The notes: generated by a model not told the origin, from the sequence alone. DNA of 64,000 nt from Epiperipatus broadwayi (GCA_028023455.1 JAQFVV010000005.1:13020001-13084000); one strand, 5' to 3'; positions 1 through 12,895 are shown, counted from the first letter of the stretch. Numbers and translations are program-made.

Positions 1-1084
1 TTATATCATGAATTTAGTTGAAGGCTCATAAAAGTAGCAATAAACAGTGATTTTGGATTTAAAAAATAGTCAGATTTGAAGAATTGTTTTAAGTCAATAT
101 ATATATATATATATATATATGCATGCAGATTAAATTAAGTTTCACATTCTCTCTTATTAAACAACTTACCAGTTGAAAGTGGTGTAGAAGTCGTTGCATG
201 CGAAAATGACATATGAGTGCTTGAAGTCTCTGTAAAATCAGTTTTTTCTAAAATTAAAATAAATATATTTTAATTAATGTATATACTCTTTTTATGTAAT
301 TCAAGTTTAATAAGTAATTTACCAAACATGAAAATAGAGTGTGAGTAAAAAATTTGAAATATTTAGAAATTTATGTAGGAAAAAAAAACTGTATAATAAA
401 AAAAGAAGTTTGCATACACAGTACGGTTATTCATTTAAAGTGACTTTAACTATTTTTTATTCAATAAATTCTTCAGGTCATTGAACTCTTTTATCTGATA
501 TCCATCTTCAATCTGAACTGATAAAATATATACACTGCAACTAATCACTTGAGGTTTGATAACATCAATGTAGCAACACATTCACTAGATATTTAGCATA
601 TTGTAGTGTTTTGTAAAAATGGCAGACATGTTTGTGCACTCCAGAAAAACTAGAATTTATTCGAGAGGTTGTTTTAGATCATGTGCTGATAACTGTGGAA
701 TCTAATTAAGGCATTGACATAATGGCGATCAACAATTCCAAGAAATATTTGCTGATTACAAGTATTTCTAGATAAGAGACCGTACCTCATTGGACAATAT
801 AATTGATTGTTGCAGTTGTTAGAAAGCGATAAGAAGACTGGGTAACAACTACACCACCAGTAGAGAGCAGTATTTGAGTAAGCAGTGATTAGAGGACAAC
901 TCCAGTAGAGAGCAGTATTTGAGTGGGCAGTATTTAGGGTACAACGCCAGTAGACGTCTGTTCAATTCTAGTAGAGATATCTCGCATCAGTGCTTGTGGT
1001 AAATGACCAGTGCCCAGTGGAAATGTAGTCCACAGGTGTAGCTGAAAGAGCCCACAGAGATGGGGAGACCACAGAGGAGATATT

Positions 1085-1405
1085 GAGGACATTTGTTGCC
1101 AGAGAATACAGAGTGTATTCAGAGCATTTGCTGCAGGGCATTTGTTGCGAGAGAATACAGATTGTATTCAGAGCATTCGTTGCAGGGCATTTGTTGCCAC
1201 AGAATACAGAGGTATTCAGAGCATTCGTTGCAGGACATTTGTTGCCTGAGAATACAGAGTGTATTCAGAGCATTCGTTGCAGAGCATTTGTTGCAGAGCA
1301 TTCATTGCAGAGCATCCGTTGCAGAGCATTCATTGCAGGGCAATTGTTGCCAGATAATACAGAGTGTATTCAGAGCATTCATTGCAGAGCATCCATTGCA
1401 AGAGA
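1085..1405. repeat. Minisatellite inside the 5' LTR (~49-bp unit built from ~16-bp subunits)
   Basis: Repeated GAGAATACAGAGTGTATTCAGAGCATTC(A/G)TTGCAGGGCATTTGTTGCCA. Counterparts lie at ~2305-2675 and ~34870-35180. Confidence 0.9.
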
Positions 1406-1501
1406 ACAGCATGGGAATTGAACAATAGTGAATTGTAGAGATAAAGTCTTACTGTGTATATTTATTTTATGACGGCACAGACATTCATGCAGATATAACA
1501 T

Positions 1502-1512
1502 TGGCGCAGTCG
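1502..1512 (+). promoter_or_regulatory. Primer-binding site, tRNA-Ser type
   Basis: TGGCGCAGTCG lies 1 nt after the 5' LTR. It matches the start of the tRNA-Ser-complementary PBS (TGGCGCAGTCGG...) used by several insect Gypsy-group elements. Confidence 0.7.
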
Positions 1513-1810
1513 CATTTGGAACCTGTGAGTAGCGAATAAGTTTTGCATACAACAAGCTTAGCCATAGACGGAGAAATCGGGTGAAAATGGCCAGTTAGTA
1601 TAACATTATAACGGAAGTGAAAGTTTGGAAATAAAACACTTGCGCAGTCACCACCGGAAGCCGAGTCCCCCCATGCTTGTGCAGTCACCATTGAACGTAA
1701 CTGGCGATGAAGTGTGGCAGCAGTTTGGAATGGAATACTTCTGAGTGAAATAACAGAAAAGTAGGAATAGAAAAAAGAAAACATCAAGGAATTGCAACAA
1801 GGGTTTTTCT

Positions 1811-1824
1811 GGAGTGGAGGGAGG
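1811..1824 (+). promoter_or_regulatory. Polypurine tract
   Basis: GGAGTGGAGGGAGG directly abuts the TG of the 3' LTR at 1825. Confidence 0.8.
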
Positions 1825-4800
1825 TGTAGTGTTTTGTAAAAATGGCAGACATGTTTTTGCACTCCAGAAAAACTAGAATTTATTCGAGAGGTTGTTTTAG
1901 ATCGTGCTGATAACTATGGAATTTAATTAAGGCATTGATGTAATGACGATCAACAATTCCAAGAAATATTTGCTGATTGCAAGTATTTCTAGATAAGAGA
2001 CCGTACCTTATTGGACAATGTAATTGATTGTTGCAGTTGTTAAAAAGTGATAAGAAGACTGGGTAACAACTACACCACCAGTAGAGAGCAGTATTTGAGT
2101 AAGCAGTGATTAGAGGACAACTCCAGTAGAGAGTAGTATTTGAGTGGGCAGTATTTAGGGTACAACGCCAGTAGACGTCTGTTCAATTCTAGTAGAGATA
2201 TCTCGTGTCAGTGCTTGTGGTAAATGACCAGTGCCCAGTGGAAATGTAGTCCATGGGTGTAGCTGAAAGAGTCCACAGAGATGGGGAGACCGCAGCGGAG
2301 ATATTGAGGGCATTTGTTGCCAGAGAATACAGAGTATATTCAGAGCATTCATTGCAGGGCATTTGTTGCCAGAGAATACAGAGTGTATTCAGAACATTCG
2401 TTGCAGGGCATTTGTTGCCAGAGAATACAGAGTGTATTCAGAGCATTCATTGCAGGGCATTTGTTGCCAGAGAATACAGAGGGTATTCAGAGCATTCATT
2501 GCAGGCAATTTGTTGCCAGAGAACCCAGAGTGTATTCAGAACATTCATTGCAGAGCATTCGTTGCAGACCATTCGTTGCAGAGCATCCATTGTAGAGCAT
2601 TCGTTGCAGGGCATTTGTTGCCAGAGAATACAGAGTGTATTCAGAGCATTAATTGCAGAGCATCCATTGCAAGAGAACAGCGTGGGAATTGAACAATAGC
2701 GAACTGTAGAGATAAAGTCTTATTGTGTATATTTATTTTATGATCACACAGACATTCTTGCGGATATAACACATATTCCCATGAGAACTTACCTGATTTT
2801 GTTTAATTTAAAACCTCTTTGCATTAAATAATATTTTCAGAAATAAATAATTTTATTTAGATTTCAAAAAATTAAATATTTTTATTAGTTTTATGATATA
2901 AATATTACTGTTTATTTATTCACAATCAAACAGATACATTGAATAAATATATGTATTTTATAAACTTTATTTTAGAAATAACACCTTCAGTAATTTATTG
3001 TATTTGAGATATATAATGAATTTATATTCCGTTTTTCTAGAAAACACATAACGGTTTTACAATTGAAGTTTTAAATTGAATTCCAAAATAGAAAACCTAG
3101 AAACTATATATGAGATGGATGAATTAGAATAAGACAATTTACTGGTGTAATGTGGGGAAAAGAGGCTTTGGATTACAGAAACTTAAATAAACTTGAAGTA
3201 ACTTTTATCCTTCAGTGGAATGATAATGGCTGAAAATTATGATGAAGAGAAATTTTCCAGTTATTGATATGTGACAGAACTGAATATGCTGAAAGTTTGT
3301 GAAAGATTTTGAACTTCAGAATTATACAATGAAAAAAATATATTGTTAAAGATTTCACTTGTAGAATATCATAAAGTATGATTAAACATCCACTAAAGCA
3401 ATATGAATTAAAAATGTAGGCAATCAATTCTTCAAAAATTTGAGGATTTTTATACAAAAAGTGATGAAAATAACTACTCAAGAAAGCACACAAGTAAGGT
3501 AATAAGAAAGTCAAATAATATTGCTAGAAAAAGTTAAAAAAATATTTGTTTACAAATAATTAACTGAAATATAAGAACTTTTATTTTTATTTTTTTATAT
3601 TAAATTTTGTTTGATAATTATAAAAAATATTTGTGTAATACTATGATTAAAAAACAAAATCGATGACTTTATCAATAAAAAAATTAATAGAAGAACTGTA
3701 TTGTTCTGGACATTCATAAGAAATTCAAGTGTCAAAAGTGCCAGCACTGGAATCAAGCTGAAAAACTTACAATCCAGAATCTGACATTTTTCTATTGCAC
3801 TATTCCAAACAAGACATGTTGTCGATATTATATAATATATAAGCAAGGACACCCATCTGATTGCATCGTAGCAGTATACCAACTTTTTAAGCTAATCTTG
3901 ATTGGCTGCTAGGTGAGTAAGATCGCTGTTGCAGATATTTAACAAATATTAAAAATGGATCCTCATTTTTAAAAATAAAACAAACTTGCAAAATACAAAC
4001 TTATTAAATTAGGTCATGTGACATCTGACTTGATTTTATATATATATATATATATGCTATGAAAATTATAAAGAAAGGTTTTATATATATATGCTTAAGA
4101 TTTTTATTGTATGTGATTAAGATAGTGTTCAAAAAAGAGCCATTTGAAAAAATAGTTGCTTTTTTTCAGTCTAGAATCAAACTATGCAAACATCAATAAA
4201 ATAAGTTAGTAGTAAACAATACAAACAAATTTTAATTATTGATTTTACTATATTTTGTGTTCTTTCATTATTTAATACTCATCAATTAATTTTAGAATGA
4301 TGACTTGATGATATTTAAATGAGGTATTTTTATGCTTATTATTATAATATCTTTGTGCTAATTTAGACTGTTGTGACAAAAATGCGAATAACTAATTTGT
4401 GGTGACACAAATATTGTTTATAGACTAAAAATGTAATTCTCATTTCTCTCAAAAATTTTAAAAAAGATATCATGTCTATAAGTATAAAGACAAAGTTAAG
4501 TTCATAATATAAATCAATAAATCTTGATTATTAATTGAGATTTAAATATTGAGTGACCTAAGGCAAAAGCCATTAAATCAAGATGCAATTGTGGATAAAT
4601 ATACTTGGAAGCCATATGCCAGTATTCACCATGGCAAGACTGTACAGTAAAAAGTAAATCACATCATAAAAGTAGATGTAATCATTGAAAAATAATGATA
4701 CAGATAATAGATGAGGCAGAAGATCAATCAACATAGAACACAGATTCTTTCTCACTACACAGCAACTTCTAATGATCACAAACTATGGATAAGCATGGAA

Positions 4801-5062
4801 GGCAAGAACAGTAGTTATATGTGATAATCATGAACCATGTCTTCAGAAATGATGGCCTCTTAATCACAGAGATAAGTAAGCTGTCATCTAAGTGGTATCT
4901 GAATTTTTTTATTAGATATCTTTATACAAGAATCATCATTTGAAAAATTTTACAATTAGTGAGAAAATTTTGCTGAGAACTAAATTTAGATGAAACTTGA
5001 TTAATTTATGATTGTAATTGAAATATTTTATAAAATGTTATACAATAATAAAACAACTTTAC

Positions 5063-5140
5063 CTGTTCTAAATTCAGTTTGAAAATGTACTGCTGCTGCT
5101 ATCATTATTGCTACTATTATCACTACCAGTGCTACTATTA
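5063..5140 (-). CDS. Candidate transmembrane exon of the EGF/mucin gene: (V)IVALVVIIVAIMIAAAVHFQTEFRT
   Basis: 78 nt, phase 1/1, in frame with the upstream exon, with a good donor CAG|gtaaag. The acceptor (tcatag) is weak and the region is triplet low-complexity. Confidence 0.35.
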
Positions 5141-5848
5141 CTATGATGATAATCATTATATTTTACATTTAAATGGTTTATTTATTATTTTATATTTCAG
5201 AAATTCCATACATCACTCATGTTTTAAAAGCTAATTCTGGAAACATTCTAAAACTAAGAGCACCAAAATATACAGCCATTTGTTTAAAATCTATATGACT
5301 TCAGTTCACATTTGATATTTTCAACTTTAGTGTTTTATCTTGACAATAAAAAAAGTAAAAGATAGCTACAGGATGATAAGTGTGTTAGTCCCAAAAATCC
5401 AGATGCATTAGGTCCACTTCTCACTATAACAATATATTAAAAATTACTTTGGTGACATGGATAAAATGAAACTGGATATGGATATAGCATTACTAATTTA
5501 TATCTTTTAATTTCTCAAATATACAATAGATGGTTCTGCAATCAAGTAAGAAAAATTGCTCCTTATGGCAAAAGATAATTTTTTTATTATTTTCAATAAC
5601 ATTTCCTTTTTTAAGTTAAAGTCTGATGGTCTATAAATTGCCATATTAGTATTAGAAATTATGAATTTTTATAACATAACTAAGTATGATATTACCCATA
5701 CATACAGTTACATCGGAGACTTTTGCTTTAAGCAGTGGACAGATTTCAAATAGACACTATGAAGAATTTTTTTTAAGTAAAAGAAAATATGCTTGTGTAT
5801 AAAACAAATATATATAAAACATTAAATAAGGTTAGTAAAATAACATAC

Positions 5849-5926
5849 CTGTTGAAGATGATGTAGAAGGCATTCCATGCGAGGTTGATCTGAGACTATT
5901 CAAAGTCTTTGCAAAATATTCAGTTC
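5849..5926 (-). CDS. Ser/Thr-rich spacer exon (G)TEYFAKTLNSLRSTSHGMPSTSSST
   Basis: 78 nt; ttttcaaag|...ACAG|gtatgt; phase 1/1; paralogous to the exon at 15668-15748. Confidence 0.8.
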
Positions 5927-6948
5927 CTTTGAAAATATGAAAAATAAAAAATATTTTATACTTAAACTAGATATTGTTTTATAAAAAATGATAAAAAGTA
6001 ATACCAATAAAATAATTAAGTAGTAAAAGATTTTTGGTAGATTTTAAAAATTATTTGCAAAAACATAAACAATAATATATAAAAAAAGGTTTGTATATAG
6101 TTATTTTTTCAGAAGAATTTTTTTCAATAATATTATTATATTTAATTTAATAAACTCTTATGGATGCAGATTCTTCTAAACAATATTCAATTTCACATCT
6201 GCTAAGTATTAAATAAATTTTCAAGAGAAATATATAAAACTTCTTGGTATTAAGTATTTATACAAATAAAAACTTTTTATTTAAATAAATTCTTATTTAA
6301 ATAAAGTTATACACACAGACAGATAAATATTCATAAATGTGTAAAGGAGATTAACTGTACTTAAACTTTAACCCACAGATATAGTTTATTTAATTCATTT
6401 TAGGCATGATATAGTTTACCTGAGATATAATGAATTAATTAAGTTCAATGTTAAAATAAATAGAAGTTTTTTTTTATCTACTCTTCTGTTATTGCAAAAT
6501 GATAGAACTGACAGTGCTGAAATGAATGAAAGGTTTTGGTACCAAAAGAGTTGGTTGTTTATAAATTTAGTTAATATTCGATTTTCTTTATTACTTTATT
6601 TCTTTTTAATATTATTTTTTATCTCTTCACATAATTTTAATATACATACATTTCATAGATAATCAATTCTTTAAGCATCTGAAATCTTTATATAAGAAAA
6701 TTATAAAGACAAGATGGACTAATAAATCTTTAAAAACATCTTAAGTATACTTTTTACATTAATTTTTATTTTTAAATTATAAATATATATTGGTAAACAC
6801 TATGGCTTAGAAAGAAAGTCAGTGACTTTACTGATAAAATGGGCAAAACTCTCTCCATACAGTAGTGCCACTCAAAGCAAGACAGAGTAATCAATGAATG
6901 CCAGAAGGCTTGTGCCAAAATCCCTATCTAGTGCCTACTCATCCAATA

Positions 6949-6990
6949 TCCCCAAACTAGTTTCTGACTTATGGCCTTTGTCAGTGAGGA
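6949..6990 (-). ncRNA. Decayed type I hammerhead ribozyme (family B)
   Basis: Reverse complement reads tcctca CTGACAA aggc cataa gtca GAAA CTAG TT tgggga. The core has CUGACGA changed to CUGACAA. Confidence 0.55.
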
Positions 6991-7307
6991 GCTTTGGATC
7001 TGAGAGCACTGCACCTAGATCTTGGGATCTAATACAACCCTCCAGCAGCCACCTTTTATCTCTACATAACTACAAAACCATGAGAATAAAATTGAAAACA
7101 CACAAATATATTCAGACACAAAAAGGTATGGGTGCTGAACTGAGGTCAGACCCATATGACTATATAAGCTACTGAGCTTAGATTGGAGATATTTGTGTGT
7201 TTTCAATTTTATTCTCATGGTTTTGTAGTTATGTAGAGATAAAAGGTGACTTCTGGAGGGTTGTATTACATCCTAAGATCTAGGTGCAGTGTTCTCAGAT
7301 CCAAAGC

Positions 7308-7349
7308 TCCTCACTGACGAAGACTATAAGCCAGAAACTAGTTTGAGGA
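7308..7349 (+). ncRNA. Decayed type I hammerhead ribozyme (family B)
   Basis: tcctca CTGACGA agac tataa gcca GAAA CTAG TT tgagga. The core and stem I are intact; stem II is mismatched. Confidence 0.6.
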
Positions 7350-10300
7350 TATTGGATGCATAGGCACTAGATAGGGATTTTATGCATCCATTGATTGTCT
7401 TGCTTTGAGTGGTGCTACTATATAGAGAGTTTTGCCTATTTTAATAACAGTTATGAGCAAGCATGGGAAATAGTGATCACGTGACTTTACTGATACCATA
7501 TGAGCACATATACAACTATAGCTGATCACAATATTAATTTTGTAAGAGGATGTAATTGGTAAAAAGCAAAGTTCTATTGAAAATTTTAGATAGATATTTC
7601 ACACTTTTAAATAGAAAAAAACACTAAAGTGTATTTTGTTGTATTTCATCAAAGATAAAAATGATATGAGTTAGAATAATGCTATCATGAATATCAAGAG
7701 ATTTTCATTATTTATTAAATCATATTTCATTATAATGGTGAAGAATCAAAAAATAAAAATGTTGAGACAACTGAAACAATTTATTCTTTTGAATAAAATG
7801 GAAGGCATTCTTTTTTGTTTAATTTAAGTCTTGGCACTAGGAATACTCTGCTGATATGAAATTGTGTACAATGTATTGATAAACTTACGGGTTAGAAATA
7901 TATATTTTGTAAAATACCAAACAAAGTATGACATTTCATAAAACTAATTGAGGATATATACATATATATTAATAAAAGAAAAACACACAATTTACTTCTC
8001 TATAAAGCTGCTTTAATATTTCAACCAGAAGTTTGGTTTTCATCAGAAAGCATAGCAAAATGGCTACTTCCAGAATTTAAACATTAAATATATATATATA
8101 TATTGTAATCTTATACTTAGCCTATAAAGGGTTAAATATAATAATAGTAGTTATTTTATTTTTTACTGAAATAAATATAACCCTTTAATAAATAAACTTT
8201 ACTCTTTCTAAGCTATGTAAAATCATAACAATACATTCTAAAGTATTAATAAAATGTCTTTGTTAAATATATTTGAATCACAATTACTAAAGAATATCAA
8301 TTAATTGATTTGATAGTTGTTAGTCAGAATTTGATAAGTTAAATGTAGATAAGTTAGTTTAAAATGTGCTGTTTGAGCTAATTGTAGTGGATAAAGTTTT
8401 GGTTTTGCTATCTGTCAAGATATTATTTATTAATCTGTGTTAAAATGCATCAGTTAATTCATGTAATAATTATTTGAAATTAAAGCTTAGGTAAAACTAG
8501 TTTGAAATAGGTTTTATTTTAAATGAATTTCAGCAAGTAAATTTAGTTTTGCTGTCTTTTAAAATATTATTTTTTAACTTGCAGTAAATGCCATAGTTCC
8601 TTTAATCATTTTCTAGTATACATATATGAATGTCTCTGCATGTATGCTAAAAGAGAGAAGTTTAAAATGAGTTATTTAAAAGGGTTAATAATCTTAAAAA
8701 ATAGTATAGTTTATAAATGGTATTTTAATATTAAATGATATAACTAGAATCTCTTAAGAACTTTTAAATAGGTAAAAAGTATTTGTTTTAAATACAAGAT
8801 ATTTGATTTAAATTAAGTAGATAATTTTAATTGAATAATTAAGATAAAGTTAATTATTTTAGTTACCGTCTAAAGGTCATGAGTTTAAATCTATTCTTAG
8901 ACATTTTAATTAATAAAAGATCATAGTCAAATTTATTTTATATAACTGATTTAAAAAAAGTTAAAATTGTTAATCAATTTTAAAAACTCCAGCTCAGTAT
9001 TCACCCTTGATTGCTTTAATAATACCATATGACAAACTACAGTTTTCCTGGTAAGCCATACACATTTTAAAAGAAAAAAACGGGAAAAATCAAATTACTT
9101 TTTAATTAATTATTCTTTTTTTCTGTTCAACTTACTGAATTATTTTTCAGTTATTTGTTCAGGTTATTTTAACTACTTATTATTTTATCAGTGAAATAAT
9201 GTTAGACTAGAAACCTCCAAAGTCATTTAGACAAGTCTACATTGGCCTGTACATGTTCCCTTACCTGTAAATGATATCTCATTGGAGAATATAAAAAACT
9301 GTATTGTTATAAAATTAGTGTTATAAATATGAAAATCTACTGGAAATTGCTAAGCTGGAAAGTTATAGTTATGTTTAATTTACCATATCTATAGACTTTC
9401 AGCTAATTCTGAACTTTTATTATAAAACCATTTTATTACCCACTTTATTATTTAAAGCTTTAATTAGTTGTATAAGCTAATTACAAATAGTAATGGTATT
9501 ATCTTTTATATGCTATTAAATGCTTTATTTTAGAAGAAAAGTAATTTATATGTGTACAATTTAATAACTAAAATACAGTTATCATTATATCAAGAACTAT
9601 TTTGAAAATTATTATAACTTTAATTAACAAAATAGATACAATAATGAGTCATTTTAAAACTATTGCAAATTTAAAGGATAAAATAAAATGCAGACACTTT
9701 AAATTTCTTTATCTAATTATGATTTATCTAAATTGATTTTCTTAGTATTTTGGAAAAGACATTATATATCTGTATTACCTCCAATACAAATAAGATATCT
9801 CAGCATTATAATAATTTATTTATTCATAATTTATTTATTGAAAGTATATTTTATTGTTCTGCAAAAAGAAATAATTTGAATTTGCTTTGTGGCTTAATAA
9901 TATTGCCAAATAATGTCTCAACTTTTATTATCAAACTGTTTGTTACCTGTTTATTCTTAATTTTCTCTCTACTTAAAAATTTAAATTACAGACCACATTT
10001 TTCAAGAAATTGTTAATTCCTTTCTTTTATACATAATAAAAGAAAAACTGTGCTCTATTTTGTTATATGGAACAACAGGACTCATAAGTTAAGAGGGTTA
10101 TTTTCATTTTAAATAATGAAAGAACTTTCAATCCTCAAACTTATTTAATATGGGTAAAACAAATGAAATGTATTTTATGGTTTTCTGAAATTGATATATG
10201 TTTATTATTATTGAATTATCATAGTTATATTATTTATGCATTTCTAATTATTATAAACAGTGTAAGGTATATTTATAACAATATCTATGTTATTATGGGC

Positions 10301-11344
10301 TTTGGTAAGGATAAATTTCCAGATAAAATGTTTTTTAATTATAAACTATTAAGAGTTCTCGAAATTTATATCCTGATATAATAGAAACTTTATTACTGTG
10401 CAAAGATAAAACAGCTTTTATATATTTGATATATGGATGAATGGACTGTTTTGGAAGTTGGTGTGTGAATTGAAATAGCTTTTAAATTTTTTAATATTTG
10501 ATATTGCTTTGCAGTTAGTGTGTCAGTTTGCATATATCTTTAGGCCAAGTATATGTGTTATTGTGCATATAAGTATGAGTACGAGTTACCTTTCCATTTA
10601 TTGTTAACAAATTCATCCCTTGTTCATTTATCAATTAATATGCTACTGGGGACAAGTATCAATTTTGGCATTTAGTTAGATGGTTGCCTTTACTAGTGTA
10701 TTTCACCATTAATATCATTATTATTATATTCAATGATTTATTTATTATTTTGCATTTGATTATTCTACACATAACTTGTGATTTGTAAAAAGTAATCCTA
10801 CAAACATTGTAATTGTTATAAAGCTAATACTAAAATATACAATTACTGGCCTGGTATCAGATTTATATAATACAATAAAAATGTTTTTGATTTTAACTAT
10901 TTGTTTGATGTAAAAAGAGAAATGATGGGAACTGGATGAAAGGTATATTAAATTTAAGCAGTCCAGATATAGCATCATCCATGAGCCTCTAAGCTACAAA
11001 TTAGACTGAGAACATAAGTTGCATAACATTGGACATGGATATTATAATAATACTTCTGTCGACTAATTATTAATCACTCAAGCTTACAAAAGATGGCTCT
11101 TGAGTATGAAATAAAACTGCTTCCTAGAGCTAAGGCGAATTCTAACATTAAACATATGTTAATTTAACACATTCAACTATATATCTCACTTTACCTTAAA
11201 TGTTGCCATTATATCAATATAAAAAACTGTTCAAGTATGATAAAAAGGACACAAACAAATAGCATTTCCCATTGACTCTAGGTTTAATAAGTAGTTTAAA
11301 AATATTACAGAATGTGGATGCTATCCAGTAATACAGTAACTTAC

Positions 11345-11401
11345 CTAAAGATGTTGTAGAAGGTATTTCAGGAGAAATCAACCCAAGAGTTGTTGAGGTC
11401 T
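11345..11401 (-). CDS. Ser/Thr-rich spacer exon (E)TSTTLGLISPEIPSTTSL
   Basis: 57 nt; ttttttacag|...TTTAG|gtaagt; phase 1/1. Confidence 0.8.
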
Positions 11402-12895
11402 CTGTAAAAAATTCATACTCTCTTTTTATAAAATTTATATATGAGAAATTTATCTAATAAGTAAATATGATGTAATTTAAAAAAAATTAAAACCCATAGA
11501 ATTTTATAAAAAATACATAGTCAAAAATACGTTTTTACATATTGCTATTTATTCAGGGTAATTTTTTAACACTATTATATTTATTTTATGGACTCTTCTA
11601 AATAATATTTATGATGTTCTTCTATAGATCAATTCATATGCTTAATGGGCTTCAGCATGTAAGGAAACTTCATATCATTCTATGATCAATAAGATTTGGA
11701 TGGAAATAGTTGTACCCTTCTGATTCATGATGTGTTAACAAAATTCTTACTGGCATTACCATATGGTCTTTCTCCTTACTATTGCTGATTATAAGCAGGT
11801 AATATATAAGAAGTTAGGTGGGTTTAGTAATCATTACTCTTCAGTGTTTATATTCCCCTCCATCCCATGTAATGTAAATTAATCAAACTTATATAACCAC
11901 CATAAAGATGACTTTTAATAATTTATATAAACAGGCAAAACTCACTATATGTATTGCCACACACATAACATTTATAAGCAAGCATAAAAAATGGTGATCA
12001 TGTGATGTTTATTGGCTTAATAATATATATACATATACACCTTTGAATAGATATGGTTAAAGACAAATTGTAATTAGCTTGATAAATGTAACTTCATTAT
12101 TCTATTTAATTATATATTATTGGCAATGAGGCGAAATTTCAGGAAAGGGAGTAGAACCCTAAATGGATAAATTGTTTAAATAAAAAGTCAAAATGTTGAA
12201 AAATTGAGTTATTGGAGATATTTGCATAATCAAATTCATGTTAATGATTCTTGTACTTGGATAATCTAAAATTTTATTTTAATGCATCATTAATTATGAG
12301 GAATTAAATCTAGCATACTAGCTAGCAAATGTGATCTGGCTACAAATAAAGTATGGCCCCTGAAGCAAATTTCAGAACTGTCTTATAAAAATCCATAGAA
12401 TTATTAACTGGATAATTTTGTCCAAAGTCATTTGTAATAATTCTCTATTATAGTTTCAACCTAAAAATAAAACAAAAACCGAAAAGACCTGAGATTTTTC
12501 CCACAGATAAACATCATTGGCAATAATAATAGAAGTCAAACTGTGTAATTAGCAGATAATAATATAGGAATTAATACCACTAGAGTGGATTTGAGGGACA
12601 ATATTAAAAATAAAGTACTTAATGAAGCAAAGAGAAAAGACTTAGAAAATTTGGCAAAAGAAATATGCTATTACCATATTGAAGATCATCACCAAATGTT
12701 ATGCAAATTATAAAATATGAATCTTAAGCTTTATTACCCACAGGGTTAGAAAATAAAATAAAATGGAAATAGGTGAGGGGATGGATCAAAGATTTTTAAA
12801 AAAAAATTGTGGATCATTAAGATCCTGAGAAAGAGTTAATGACATTGCAATTAAAATAAAATAAAAAACACAAAGCTTTTGTTTCATTCATCTTA

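Larger units (their letters stand above)
602..2771 (+). mobile_element. Non-autonomous LTR retroelement: LTR 602-1500, 324-bp non-coding internal region, LTR 1825-2771 (family A)
   Basis: Two ~0.9-kb direct repeats both start TGTAGTG and end TATAACA. A 5-bp TSD CATAT lies at 597-601 and 2772-2776. A PBS follows LTR1 and a PPT precedes LTR2. The internal region has no gag/pol ORF. Confidence 0.9.
6822..7495. mobile_element. Family-B hammerhead element inserted as a head-to-head inverted pair
   Basis: Arms of ~270 bp (~6837-7110 and ~7190-7445) are reverse complements around an ~80-bp spacer. A 15-bp direct repeat GTGACTTTACTGATA lies at 6822-6836 and 7481-7495. Each arm has a decayed hammerhead. 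Confidence 0.8.

Noticed and set aside
1083-2699. Overlapping 60-148-aa ORFs in the LTRs, and a CRISPR-like look of the hairpin repeats
   Set aside because: The ORFs are open in several frames because of the minisatellite. There are no unique spacers or cas genes, and the context is eukaryotic.
9265-9339. 75-nt phase-1/1 open segment with AG/GT ends
   Set aside because: Intron-like composition (F/I/N-rich) and no similarity to the other spacer exons.
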